Positions 23,557-36,561 of a stretch of 64,000 nucleotides of DNA are shown piece after piece. The stretch lies in the NCBI RefSeq assembly GCF_044704955.1, contig NC_091977.1, forward strand, positions 492,714,001-492,778,000, written 5' to 3'. The stretch's first letter is position 1. Each line of letters starts with the position of its first letter. The notes below the pieces were generated by a model. That model was not told the origin of the DNA. It saw only the letters and a program-made list of their open reading frames with translations, and made no database searches. This DNA is from Pristiophorus japonicus. Taxonomy: Eukaryota. The translations under genes and the position numbers were made by a program.

Positions 23557-25624
23557 CAGGAAATCCAAGAGCTAATAAACCGCAAGCGCAGGGCATTTCT
23601 GAACCTAAAGCAACAACCTAACTCGGGAACAGCAAAGCAGCTGTACAGACGGCTGAAGGCCGAGGTCCAACAAAAAACCCATGACCTAAAGAATTGATGG
23701 TGGGTGGAGAAAGCACAGAAGATTCAGCAGCTGGCCGACAGCCATGATGTGCGAGGATTCTTCACCACAGTTAAGTCCACCTACGGCCCAAACACCCAAG
23801 GCCCCACCCCACTGCTGGCCAAAAACGGGGAGACATTCATCAAGGACACCAAGGCAGTCAGGGCCTGCTGGAAGGAGCACTTTGAAGATCTCCTGAATCG
23901 AGACTCTGCCTTTGACACAAGTGTCCTTGACTTCATCCCAAAGCATGCTACCCACCACCTTCTCAGCAAAACTCCAGCCCTGCACAATGTAGAAAAGGCC
24001 ATCCATCAGCTCAAGAACAACAAGGCATCAGAAAGCATGACCTCATCTCTCTCATCTGGCAGGAGGAGTACATGCCTGGAGATTTCAGAGATTCCGTAAT
24101 TGTGACAATCTTTAAAAAAGGGGAAAAGTCCGACTGCGGCAAAGACAGAGGAATCTCCCTGTTGTCGGCCACTGGAAAAGTCATCGCTAGAATCCTCCTC
24201 AACCATCTTCTCCCTGTGGCTGAAGACCTCCTCCAAGAGTCACAATGCAGATTCCATTCACTAAGGGGTACAACGGACATGATCTACACGGCGCGACAAC
24301 TGCGAGAAATGCACAAACTCTTGTACATGGCCTTCTTTGACCTTAGAAAGACCTTTGAAACTGTTAACTGCTAGGGACTATGGAGCGTCCTCCTCCGTTT
24401 CGGCTGCCCCCAAAGGTTTGTTGTCATCCTCCGCCTGCTCCACGACGACATGCAAGCCGTGATCCTGACCAACGGACCCACCACGGATCGAACTTCCTCG
24501 CTGCAATGCTCCATCTCACACTCAACAAGCTCCCCGCTGGAGTGGGACTAAACTATAGAACCAGTGGAAAACTGTTCAACCTTTGTCGCCCCCAGGCCAG
24601 ATCCAAGACTGTCCCATCCTCTGCCATCGAACTACAGTACATGGATGATGCTTGCATCTGCGCACATTCAGAAGCTGAACTCCAAGCCATCGTCAACATC
24701 TTCATTGAGGCATATGAAAGCATGGGCCTTACACTAAACATCCATAAGACAAAGGTCCTCCACCAACCTGACCCCGCCACACAGCACTGCCCCCCAGTCT
24801 TCAAAATCCATGGTGCAGCCTTGGACAACGTGGACCACTTTCCATACCTCGGTAGCTTATTATCAGCAAGGGCAGACATCGATGACGAGGTCCAACACCG
24901 CCTCCAGTGCACCAGTGCAGCCTTTGGTCACCTGAGGAAGAGAGTGTTCAAAGACCAGGACCTCAATTCTGGCACCAAGCTTATGATCTACATGGTTGTA
25001 GTGATACCCGCCCTTCTATAAGGCTCAGAGATGCGGACCATATACAGTGGACACCTCAAATCGCTGGAGAAATACCACCAACCCTGTCTCCACAAGATCC
25101 TACAAATCCCCTGGGAGGATAGCCCCACCAAAATCAGTGTTCTCGATCAGGCCAACATCCCCAGCATCGAAGCACTGACCACACTCAACCAGCTTCGTTG
25201 GGTGGGCCACATCGTCTGCATGCCCAACACGAGACTCCTAAAGCAAGCACTCTACTCGGATCTCCTACACGGCAAGCGATCCCCAGGTGGGCAGAGGAAA
25301 CGTTTCAAGGATGCCCTCAAAGCCTCCTTGATAAAGTGCAAATCCCCACCGACACCTGGAAGTCCCCGGCCAAAGACCGCCCTAAGTGGAGGAAGAGCAT
25401 CCGGGAGGGCGCTGAGCACCTCGAGTCTCGTCGCCGAGAGCATGCAGAAATCAAGTGCAGACAGCGGAAGGAGCGTGCGGCAAACCAGATTCCCCACCCA
25501 CCCTTTCCTTTTCTGTCACCTGTGACAGAGACTGTAATTCTCATATTAGACTGTACAGTCACCGGAGAACTCACTTTTAGAGTGGAAGCAAGTCGATTTC
25601 GAGGGACTGCCTATGATGATGATG
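23557..25624 (+). mobile_element. RTE LINE, 5'-truncated with internal deletions
   Basis: Paralogous to 11868-14806 (EKAQKIQQLADSHD, QYMDD, FPYLGS); (GAT)n tail. Confidence 0.95.
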
Positions 25625-25676
25625 GTTTTCTGTGGCTAAGGGACAGAATGGACGACCGTAAGGTTAACCGACATTT

Positions 25677-26145
25677 AAAAAGAAAGACTTGCATTTATAT
25701 AGCGTCTTCCATGACCACCAGACATTCCAAAGCACTTTGCTGCCAACGTAGTATTTTTTGAAGTGTAGTCAATGTAATGTAATGTAAGAAATACAGCAAA
25801 CAATTTGCGCACAGTAAATATGATAATGACCAGATAATCTGATTTTGTTATGTTGATTGAGGGATAAATATTGGCCAGGACACCGAGGATAACTCCCCTG
25901 CTCTTTGAAATAGTGCCATGGAATATTTTACGTCCTCCTGAGAGAGTAGACAGGGCCTCAGTTTAACATCTCATCCAAAAGATGGCACCACTGACAGTGC
26001 AGCACACCCTCGACAGTGCAGCACACCCTCAGTACTGCACTGGAGTGTCAGCCTAGATTTTGGTGCTTGAATCTCTGGAGTGGGACTTGAAACTAAAACC
26101 TTCGTGCTCAGAAAAAATGGTGCTACCAACTGAGCCATGGCTGAC
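25677..26145 (-). mobile_element. tRNA-derived SINE (Deu-core/SacSINE1-like)
   Basis: Reverse strand starts gtcagccatggctcagttggtagca with A/B-box-like sequence, central ggatgagatgttaaactgagg core, tail atataaatgcaagtctttc. The family name is from memory. Confidence 0.75.
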
Positions 26146-26807
26146 CTCCAAAGTGAAGCTGTGCTCTAAGCCAATGTGCCAGATGCTGCTAAGCACAAAA
26201 TGCACAAATGACAACATTTCAGCTTATTCCCATTCATAGCAACAGAAGGGGAAGTGAAACAATCCTAAGTGATGTAGTCCAAGATGTGACAACATTTCTA
26301 TCTTAAGATTCTTTTCTTTCAAATTACACTCTATATGGCGGGAGTGGGGGGGGGCGGGGATTTTAACTGGGAGCAGGTTTCGGCTGGCCAGAGCGTAGGG
26401 CAAGTATCTACCCTCCTCCTCCAACAACAGCTGTGTGAGGCTATTTTAATTCCCGAGCCTCGTTTACATCCCACCAACCAGCTGCCTGCCCGAAATGATG
26501 ACCAGTGACACATGATGCCATACACGTTCAGGAACTCGAGGGCAGCTGCTGCAATATTTTGTACCAATTCAGAAAGCTGAGACAGAATGTCCTCAATGGG
26601 GCTTCACCTATCACTTCTCCTTCCTGTGAAACCTTCTCCCAGGCACTGCTGTTGTCTACAGCACTGTCATTTGTTCATACAAGTTCAAAAGATGATCATT
26701 TCACAACTTAGAGCTGTAAATCATGGGAAGGCACTCAAGGATCTGGATCTGGCTGTGTCAGTAGAATAAGGAGGCATACATCAACATTTTGCCTTGCAGA
26801 AAAAGTA

Positions 26808-26950
26808 AGAAACATAAGAACATAAGAAATAGGAGCAGAATTAGGCCATTTGGCCCGTCGAGCCTGCTCTGCCATTCAGGGAGATCATGGCTGATCTTCT
26901 ACCTCAACTTCACTTGGCTGCACTATCCCCATATCCCTTGATTCCCTTGA
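26808..26950 (-). mobile_element. CR1 3' UTR stub
   Basis: (ATAAGAAC)n tail and aggccattTggccc stem region. Confidence 0.8.
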
Positions 26951-28562
26951 AAAATATAACGGACCCTCTCAGGTGAAAAAGATGCCATGGTCCTGAAGAA
27001 GAAAATAAAAAAGCGCACAGAGAGAATAGTGAATGAAAAATTTAAATGTTATTTTTATTTAAAGTTGATGTTTGAGGTGTTCACATTATTAATTTAGTGC
27101 TGTTGTTCCAATAATGTTGCTATCCTACTGTTTAGTAGATTTATGACTGTAATATTAGTGTTTGTTTCAGTGCCACAGTACATGAATTTTAATCAAATAA
27201 AACCAATTAACCCCAAGGCATCAGGAGTATCCCAGAAGCTGCCAGCAGTCTAAAGGTCACGTTAATGGCAGAGCAGATAGATTGTAGGCTATGTGCCAGA
27301 GAAGGGAGTATCAGTTCATTTTTTGATATTGTTATGTAAGTTAGCATTACTTATTCTAAAGCTGGTGTGAAACTCTGTAATGGGAAGTTCAGAAGTTAAT
27401 TTTCAAACAGTTCCTTCTAGGAAGTGTTGCCCATCTTATACAGATGTATTGTTGAGATGACAGCTTCCGACTGCACTGGTTTATGTATTTGTTTAATTTT
27501 GAGTCTTTTTCTTCCCCTTGCTCTTTTTGATCTCCCTGTACGGTACATTGCCTGCAGCTGGGAGGGTCACTGGAGGACTACTGCTGCTCTGTGTCAGAGA
27601 TGTGCAAGGGCCAGTCTTGGGTTTTATTATGTTGCCGAGAACATTGGCACCCAAGGTTAGCAGAAGTTTTTTTTTTGCATGCTCGAGATTCATACCAGAA
27701 AACAGTTAGAAAGCTACATTCCTGATCGTTGCCAAAACTGGGTGTTGCTTCCCCTCTGGTTATATGCGTCTGTCTTGTGGAAAGGCCCCATTGACGGGAT
27801 TGGGACCTTCAAAAGTATTTCATTGGCTGTAAAGTGCTTTTGGACATCCTAAGGGTGTGTAAGACACGATATGAATTCAAGTCTTTCTTTTTCTTTTCTT
27901 ATTTAAATGGTGTACAGAAGCAGCTTTTGATGTTTACAGGCAGAGTAATTTTACCTCCTCTGTAGCCAATTAATGCCTTTCCCCTGCCCTGCCATTGCCC
28001 AAGAATACTGGGTGAGGCAATGGTTTACCTACTGCTCCCATTTTCTTTTCTCCTTCGGCATTGACTCCTTGCTGAGGTACCCCACACAAGTGATTATTCT
28101 TCATGCTTGAGCCTAGACAGTGAACATCAGCAGGATATCTGGCCAGTGGGTGAGCTGTCCATGATCTTGCCCTCATCTGGTGTCGACACAGATGTACATT
28201 TTCCAGGATGGGTCAATAGCAACAACAACAATTTACCACTTTTTAACAGAGAAAAAAGGGGTCCGAGGTGGCATAGAAATCTCTGCCTGAGTTTCCCCTC
28301 CCTCATACATGGGGGCTGATGCCAAGTGTAGCATAGAAATCGGTTGAATTAAATTGAGGAACAAACCAGGGTCCTTCCTGGCCTACATGGCTCAATTCCA
28401 TTTTGATTGTTGCATTTTCAAAACTGAGCAACCGGGGGCGCTTGACATCCCTCAGCTCATTGAGTACAAAGTTCTCCCTAATTGTACTCAAACTTACAAA
28501 TACATTTTGAAAAGATTGATAAATTGTACAGACATTTTTTTGTTGTTGTTTGCATTGTTCAG

Positions 28563-28744
28563 AAGTTTGAAGAACCTTCTGGAAAATCAGAGAGTAAAAC
28601 GGCTTTCTATCAAGCTCTTCAAAATGCTCTGGGAGGAGAAACATCAAACTCACTCAAGAAGGATGCAGCGGCCTGGTTTTACTCACTACAGCACTCGCTG
28701 GCTGAGTACTCCGCCTTCTCTCGGGCTTTGGAGAATGCTACACG
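28563..28744 (+). CDS. TG: Thyroglobulin coding exon (ChEL domain; equivalent of human exon 44)
   Basis: ttgttcag acceptor, cacg|gtaagt donor, 182 bp, phase 0/2. Encodes KFEEPSGKSESKTAFYQALQNALGGETSNSLKKDAAAWFYSLQHSLAEYSAFSRALENATR, matching human QFEES...SKTAFYQALQNSLGGE...YASFSRALENATR, in frame with the previous exon. Confidence 0.97.
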
Positions 28745-28832
28745 GTAAGTGCACTGTGTAGAACATGGATAATTATTCTCTCACTCCTCTGACAGTCTTA
28801 TGGGGCTTCTAAGGGGTGGGGGTGGGCCGATA

Positions 28833-29906
28833 TAGAAACATAGAAAATAGGTGAAGGAGTAGGCCATTCGGCCCTTCGAGCCTGCACTGCCATTCAATGG
28901 CTGATTTTTCCCCTCAATACCCCTTTCCTGCTTTCTCCCCATACCCCTTGATCCCTTTAGCCATAAGGGCCACATCTAACTCCCTCTTGAATATATCCAA
29001 TGAACTGGCATCAACAACTCTCTACGGTAGGGAATTCCACAAGTTAACAACTCTCTGTGTGAAGAAGTTTCTCCTCATCTCAGTCCTAAATGGTTTACCC
29101 CTTATCATTAGACTGTGTTCCCTGGTTCTGGACTTCCCCAACATCGGGAACATTCTTCCTGCATCTAACCTGTCCAGTCCCGTCAGAATTTTGTATGTTT
29201 CTATGAGATCCCCTCTCATCCTTCTAAACTCCAGTGAATAAAGGCCCAGTCGATCTAGTCTCTCCTCATATGTCAGACCAGCCATCCTGGGAATCAGTCT
29301 GGTGAACCTTCGCTGCACTCCCTCAATAGCAAGAAGGTCCTTCCTCAGATTAGGAGACGAAAACTGAACACAATATTCCAGGTAAGGACTCACCGAGGCC
29401 CTGTACAACTGCAGTAAGACCTCCCTGCTCCTATACTCAACACCCCTAGCTATGAAGGCCAACATACCATTTGCCTTCTTCACCACCTGCTGTACCTGCT
29501 TGCCAACCTTCAACGACTGATGTACCATGACATCCAGGTCTCGTTGCACCTAATCTGCCGCCATTCAGATAATATTCTGCCTTCGTGTTTTTGCCCCCCA
29601 AAGTGGATAACCTCACATTTATCCATATTATACTGCATCTGCCATGTATTAGCCCACTCACCTAAACTATCCAAGTCACCCTAGCATCCTCCTCACAGAT
29701 CACACCGCCACCCAGTTTAGTGTCATCTGCAAATTTGGAGATATTACACTCAATTTCTTCATCTAAACCATTAATGTATATTGTAAATAGCTGGGATCCC
29801 AGCACTGAGCCCTGCGGCACCCCACTAGTCACTGCCTGCCATTCTGAAAAGGACCCATTTATCCCGAATCTCTGCTTCCTGTCTGCCAACCAGTTCTCTA
29901 TCCACA
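28833..29906 (-). mobile_element. CR1 LINE 3' fragment about 90 bp downstream of the TG exon
   Basis: SGVPQGSVLG, KFADD, LEYCVQF motifs; agaaacat tail. Confidence 0.95.
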
Positions 29907-30341
29907 TCTGTATTGTCATGTTATCCTGTCATATAGGACATTTCATACTTCAATACATAGATGCATTTAGCCTGCGTCATTTATCTCAGCTTCAATGCAA
30001 CTACAGTTGTCAGATTTCACCATTCACATGTATAAAATCAGTCTACTAGCCAACATCACAATGCTGGAATGGGATTTTGGAGCAGGTCAATCCTAAGGTA
30101 TTAGAGCACGTAGGTCCCAGAGTCACTCCTCCACCTGGGCTGAATTAGCTAATCTCAGATGATGCTCAAGTAGCCAGAGGCAGCCTGCAAAATAAACTTG
30201 CCAGATTCCCAGAGGCCATGCACTCCTGTTTTATTTCTCTCAGGTCGTTCTGGTGTCAGCCGCAGCTCAGTTGGTAGCCCTCGTGCCTCTCAGTCAAAAT
30301 GTTGTGGGTTCAAGTCCCGCTCCAGAAACCTGAGCACATAA

Positions 30342-33300
30342 TAAGAATATAAGAACATAAGAAATAGGAACAGGAGTAGGCCATGCAACCCCTCGAGCCT
30401 GCTCCGCCATTCAATAAGATCATGGCTAATCTGATCATAGACTCAGCCCCACTTCCCCGCCCGCTCCCCATAACCCCTTATCCCCTAATCGTTTAAGAAA
30501 CAGTCTATTTCTGTCTTAACTGGGTGGCTCTGCTGCACAGGAGGGCAGGAAAAAGATTGGGAGAGCTATAGTGATAGGGGATTGTATTGTAAGGGGAATA
30601 GATAGGCGTTTCTGTGGCCACAATCGAGACTCCAAGATGGTATGTTGCCTCCCTGGTGCAAGGGTCAAGGATGTCTCGGAGCGGCTGCAGGGCACTTTGG
30701 TGGGGGATGGTGAACAACCAGTTGTCGTGGTGCATATAGGTACCAACGATGGAGGTAAAAAACGGGATGAGGTCCTACAAGCTGAATTTAGGGAGCTAGA
30801 AGTTAAATTAAAAAGTAGGACCTCAAAGGTAGTAATCTCAGAACTGCTACCAGTGCCACGTGCTAGTAAGAGAAGAAATAGCAGGATAGTTAAGATGAAT
30901 ACGTGGCTTGAGGAATGGTGCAAGAGGGTTGGATTCAAATTTCTGGGACATTGGAACTGGATCTGGGGGAGGTGGGACCAGTACAAACCGGACGGTCTGC
31001 ACCTGGGCAGGACCGGAACCAATGTCCTGGGGTGAGTGTTTGCGAGTGCTGTTGGGGAAGGTTTAAACTAATATGGCAGAGGCATGGGAATCTATGCAGG
31101 GAGACAGAGGGAAGTAAAATGGGGGGAGAAGCAAAAGGTAGAAAGGAGATAAGGAAAAGTGGAGGGCAGAGAAATCAAAGGCAAAAATCAAAAAGGGCCA
31201 CATTACAACATAATTCTAAAAGGACAAAGAGTGTTAAAAAAACTTGCCTGAAGGCTCAAAGTCTCAATTCGAGGAGCATTCATAATAAGGTAGATGAATT
31301 AACTGCGCAGATAGCTGTTAACGGATATGATGTAATTGGGATTACGGAGACATGGCTCCAGTGTGACCAAGGCTGGGAACTCAACATCCAGGGATATTCA
31401 ATATTCAGGAAGGACAGACAGAAAGGAAAAGGAGATGGGGTAGCGTTGCTGGTTAAAGAGAGCAGATTAATGCAATAGTAAACAAGGACATTAGCTTGGA
31501 TGATGTGGAATCTGTATGGGTAGAGCTGCGGAACACCAAACGGCAGAAACCGCTAGTGGGAGTTGTGTACAGACCATCAACCAGTGGTAGTGAGGTTGGG
31601 GATGGCATCAAACAGGAAATTAGGGATGCGTGCAATAAAGATACAGCAGTTATCATGGGTGACTTTAATCTACATATAGATTGGGCTAACCAAACTGGTA
31701 GCAGTACAATGGAGGAGGATTTCCTGGAGTGTATAAGGAATGGTTTTCGAGACCAATATGTCGAGGAACCAACTAGAGAGCAGGCCATCCTAGACTGGGA
31801 CTTGTGTAATGAGAGAGGATAAATCGGCAATCTTGTTATGCAAGGCCCCTTGGGGAAGAGTGACCATAATATGGTAGAATTCTTCATTAAGATGGAGAGT
31901 GACACAGTTAATTCAGAGACCAGGGTCCTGAACTTAAAGAAAGGTAACTTCGATGGTATGAGACGTGAATTGGCTAGGATAGACTGGCAAATGATACTAA
32001 AAGGGTTGCTGGTGGATAGGCAATGGCAGACATTTAAAGATCACATAGATGAACTTCAACAAATGTACATCCCTGTCTGACATAACATTAAAACGGGTAG
32101 GTGGCTCAACCATGGCTGACAGGGGAAATTAGGGATAGTGTTAAATCCAAGGAAGAGGCATATGAATTGGCCAGAAAAAGTAACAAACCTGAGGACTGGG
32201 AGAAATTTAGAATTCAGCAGAGGAGGACAAAGAGTTTAATTAGGAGGTTGAAAATAGAGTATGATTGCAGGGAACATAAAAACTGACTGCAAAAGCTTCT
32301 ATAGGTATGTTAAGAGAAAATGATTAGTGAAGACAAATGTAGGCCCCTTGCAATCAGAATCAAGTGAATTTATAATGGGGAACAAAGAAATGGCAGAACA
32401 ATTGAACAAATACTTTGGTTCTGTCTTCACTAAGGAAGATACAAATAACCTTCCAGAAAAACTAGGGGACCGAGCATCTAGCGAGAAGGAGGAACTGAAG
32501 GAAATCCTTATTAGTCACAAAATTGTGTTAGGGAAGTTTGATGGGATTGAAGGCCGATAAATCCCCAGGGCTTGATAGTCTGCTTCCCAGAGTACTTAAG
32601 GAAGTGGCCCTAGAAATAGTGGATGCATTGGTGGTCATTTTCCAACATTCTTTAGACTATGGATCAGTTCCTATGGATTAGAGGGTAGCTAATGTAACCC
32701 CACTTTTTAAAAAAGGAGGGAGGGAGAAAACAGGGAATTATAGACTCGTTAGCCTGACATTGGTAGTGGGGAAAATGTTAGAATCTATTATTAAAGATGT
32801 AATAGCAGCGCATTTGGAAAGCAGTGACAGGATTGGTCCAAGTCAGAATAGATTTATGAAAGGGAAATCATGCTTGACAAATCTTCTAGAATCTTTGGAG
32901 GATGTAGCTAGTAGAGTGGACAAGGGAGAAGCAGTGGATGTGGTGTATTTGGACTTTCAAAAGGCTTTTGACAAGGTCCCACACAAGAGATTAATGTGCA
33001 AAATTAAGCACATGGTATTGGGGGTAATGTATTGACGTAGATAGAGAACTGGTTGGCAGACAGGAAGCAAAGTGTAGGAATAAACAGTGACTAGTGGGGT
33101 ACGGCAATGTTCAGTGCTGGGCCCCCAGCTATTTACAATATACATTAATGATTTGGATGAAGGAAGTGAATGTAATATCACCAAGTTTGCAGATGACACT
33201 AAGCTGGGTGGCAGTGTGAGCTATGATGAGGATGCTAAGAGGCTGTAGGGTGACTTGAACAGGTTAGGTGAGTAGGCAAATGCATGGCAGATGCAGTATA

Positions 33301-34490
33301 ATGTAGATAAATGTGAGGTTATCCACTTTGGGGGGAAAAAACAAGGAGGCAGAATATTATCTGAATGGTGACAGATTAGGAAAAGGGGAGGTGCAACGAG
33401 ACCTGGGTGTCATGGTACATCAGTCATTGAAAGTTGGCATGCAGGTACAGCAGGCGGTGAAGAAGGCAAATGGCATGTTGGCCTTCATAGCGAGAGGATT
33501 TGAGTATAGGAGCAGGGAGGTCTTACTGCAGTTGTACAGGGCCTTGGTGAGGCCACATCTTGAATATTGTGTACAGTTTTGGTCTCCTAATCTAAAGAAG
33601 GACGTTCTTGCTATTGAGGGAGTGCAGCTAATGTTCACCAGACTGAATCCTGGGATGGCAGGATTGACATATGAAAAAGACTGGATCGACTAGGCTTATA
33701 TTCACTGGAATTTAGAAGAATGAGAGGGGATCTCATAGAAACATATAAAATTCTGACGGGATTGGACAGGTTAGATGCAGGAGGAATGTTCCCGATGTTG
33801 GGGAAGTCCAGAACCAGGGGTCACAGTCTAAGGATAAGCAGTAAGCCATTTAGGATCAAGATGAGGAGAAACTTCTTCACTCAGAGAATTGTGAACCTGT
33901 GGAATTCTTTACCACAGAAAGTTGTTGAGGCCAGTTCGTTAGATATATTCAAAAGGGAGTTAGATGTGGCCCTTACGGCTAAAGGGTATGGAGAGAAAGC
34001 AGGAATGGGATACTGAAGTTGCATGATCAGCCATGATCATATTGAATGGTAGTGCAGGCTTGAAGGGCTGAATGGCCTACTCCTGCACCTATTTTCTATG
34101 TTTCTATGTTTCAATGTCCCAGCTTCCACAGCTCTCGGAGGCAGCGAATTCCACAGATTTACAACCCTCTGAGAGAAGAAATTTCATCTCATCTCTGTTT
34201 TAAATGGGAAGCCCCTTATTCTAAGATTATGCCCCCTAGTTCTAGTCTCCCCCATTAGTGGAAACATCCTCTCTGCATCCACCTTGTCAAGCCCCCTCAT
34301 AATCTTATACGTTTCGATAAGATCACCTCTCATTCTTCTGAATTCCAATGAGTCGAAGCCCAACCTAGTCAACCTTTCCTCATAAGTCAACCCCTCATCC
34401 CCAGAATGAACCTACTGAACCTTCTCTGAAGTGCCTCCAAAGCAAGTATATCCTTTCGTAAATATGGAAATCAAAATTGCAGGCAGTATT
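30342..34490 (-). mobile_element. CR1 3' fragment (30342-30518 and 34114-34490) interrupted by a plus-strand CR1
   Basis: (ATAAGAAC) tail at left; ORF2 C-terminus YEERL...RRMRGDLIETYKI resumes at 34114. Confidence 0.85.
30519..34113 (+). mobile_element. Near-full-length CR1 LINE: ORF1 SGNH esterase region and ORF2 APE-RT (disrupted)
   Basis: IGDCIVRG, CLPGARVKDV, HIGTND, DGLHL (ORF1 esterase); ITETWL, YRP, MGDFN, SDHN, YLDFQKAFD, FADD (ORF2); (TTTCTATG)n tail; several stops and frameshifts. Confidence 0.95.
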
Positions 34491-34673
34491 GTGCAGCACT
34501 GTGGGAGTGCTGCACTGTGTGAGGTGCTATCATTTGGATGAGATGTTAAACTGAGGTTTCATCTCAGCAGTTAGCTGGATATAAAAGATCCTATTATTTT
34601 GAAGAAGAGCAGGGGAGTTCTTCTCATTGCCCAAGCCAATATCTATCCCTCAACCAACATCGCTAAAACAGTT

Positions 34674-35423
34674 GCCAAAATTGCCCCCCTCTCTAAGCTC
34701 CATTCCCATCTCTAAGAAGTAGGAATGGAGCGGATGGGCCTCACCGACCTAGGGGCAGTTGAATGGGCCGACCCGTCTTAAATTGCCCCGGGCCAGGAGC
34801 AGTGGTAACCGGTTTCCGCACCGCCCGTGTTCCAGCCCCGTAGGGCACGCGACAACCCCACACCAACTGGCGGCGACCCCTTTTCCGACCCCCGCGGCAA
34901 ATTGCCCCGTGGGAGCGGAGCAGCCGCCAGTCGGTGCCACTGACAGCTTTCCCCTGCTGGAAGCTGTGTGTGCCTGGGCGATGCGTCTGCCGGCGCCTCC
35001 ATTTTACTTTTAATTGTCGGACGAATTCGAGGTCGGCCCGACAATGGTAGCCACGGATTTGGCCAGGCCGCCAAAAGGCAGCCCGGTACTCCCTCTTCGG
35101 TGCCAGGCCTCTTCCTCAACCAAACCCCTCCCTGGTGGCCCAGTGGACCTAACTAAATAATATGTAGAGTTCGCAGCGGCCCTCCCTTTATCTGAAGGGG
35201 AAGGACATTGTGAAGTGTCAGTGCGGCACTGATGACCTGGATCAGCGACCGACCCGACAGAATGGCATCTCTGCCCTGCAGCTACCCAGAACACTGCCCC
35301 GCTGCAAAAAAATATTTAAGTGCTCAATATCGGTTGAGTCTCCGCCTCATGGATTGGGGCAGAGAAAAACATTACAAAATCAGTATGTGCGCCCCGTTTT
35401 GGGCGGAGGGCAATTTCGGCCCC
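34674..35423. mobile_element. PIF/Harbinger-type MITE
   Basis: gccaaaattgccc...gggcaatttcggcccc; shared internal motifs in the orientation opposite to the copy at 2204. Confidence 0.8.
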
Positions 35424-35501
35424 TTCATCTGTTTATGTAACACATTGCTGTTTTAATGCAAATCAGGTGCTGCATTTCCTACATTTTAACAGTGACTAAT
35501 T

Positions 35502-35929
35502 GGAGCATGGGCAGGTACAGCAGGAGCGGCGAGGTCGGGGCGAAGGAGCAGCGAGAGAATGTAGAGGGATGTGATCGGAACCCGGGAGAGGCAAGAGTTC
35601 AGGGCCAGAAGAGGCGAGGGCCAGGGGCAGCACGGGCCAGCCCACACTGCGATATGTGTGTGCACTAGGCCCGTGCAGCAGAGCCTGTCTCCAGTCGTCT
35701 TGGGTAATCCTTGCCTCTGGACCAAGACCTAGCTCTGTCAAGCCTGTGTGGTGGCTGGTGTGCAACAACCACCACACGTTAAAAAAATCCACGCACAGGC
35801 ATCTTCCGCCCTTTAAGATGTAGTTCTGGACCTGGAATATTAGGTCCTTCATTGAAACACCTGTGAACTCATCCTTTTTTGGCGTGGAAGCAAGCCATCC
35901 TCGCTTCGAGAGACTGCCTATGATGATGA
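35502..35929 (+). mobile_element. Short non-autonomous RTE-dependent retroposon (about 430 bp)
   Basis: The 3' about 45 bp gtggaagcaagccatcctcgcttcgagagactgcctatgatgatga resembles the RTE LINE tail; the body has no RTE coding similarity that I can see. Confidence 0.7.
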
Positions 35930-36561
35930 CACGTCAATAAGTATTTGATTGACTGTAAAGCACTTGGGACATCCTGAGGATGTGAAAGGCGCTAAATAAA
36001 TGCAAGTTCTTCGTGTTAGCAACCAGAGATATATGTACATTAATGGGAGCATGGATTTAAACCTTATATGGTTCCTGAGGATCTATGCACCCCTTGTGAC
36101 TCACAAAAACAGGCAGCTTGGATGCCCGTGATGTGGAGCCATAAACAGTACACCTGCACCGACTGAGCAGCAGCAGGAACTGAGCCTTGTCTCAAAATGT
36201 CACCTCCCTTAAAATGGAGACGCTGGTTCCCACGCCCTCAATGATTTCATCCTTCCTGGACAATACCCCATCGAATGTTTACCAAACATTTTATTTTGAG
36301 CCGAAAGCACATCACGAAGCACAACACAGGCATCATGCTGGCCAGGGTGTGTAGCCAGTTTCAAGGATCAGATACGCTTGGCTGTAAATACACACAGTAA
36401 CCTCAGAGATCCCACACTCATGTAAGTACAGGGTTTAGACTTGTCACAGATATATTTAAAACATCTGATGAAACCTTTAGAACTGATAGTGCTTATTTTT
36501 TTAATGAGAACTTAAATTGCATATATGAGTTTTCTCTATTTCTGGTTGTTCCGGGGTCAGG

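Larger units (their letters stand above)
857..28562 (+). other. TG: TG intron (27,706 bp), TE-rich
   Basis: GT...AG boundaries joining the two exons in frame. Confidence 0.92.
30255..36012 (+). mobile_element. tRNA-derived SINE split into pieces (about 30255-30341, 34490-34672, 35425-35500, 35930-36012)
   Basis: Head gtcagccgcagctcagttggtag...gggttcaagtccc, core and tail pieces collinear with the intact copy at 25677-26145. Confidence 0.75.

Noticed and set aside
25993-26030. 19-bp direct duplication (also a 16-bp one at about 41779-41810)
   Set aside because: Local slippage duplications inside decayed TEs with no sign of function.
30255-30330. tRNA gene
   Set aside because: It has A/B-box-like sequence but no full cloverleaf and continues into a SINE body; the same applies at about 26070-26145 and 49980-50050.
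30571-31035. Stand-alone GDSL/SGNH esterase gene
   Set aside because: It is the known ORF1 esterase domain of CR1 LINEs, directly upstream of ORF2.
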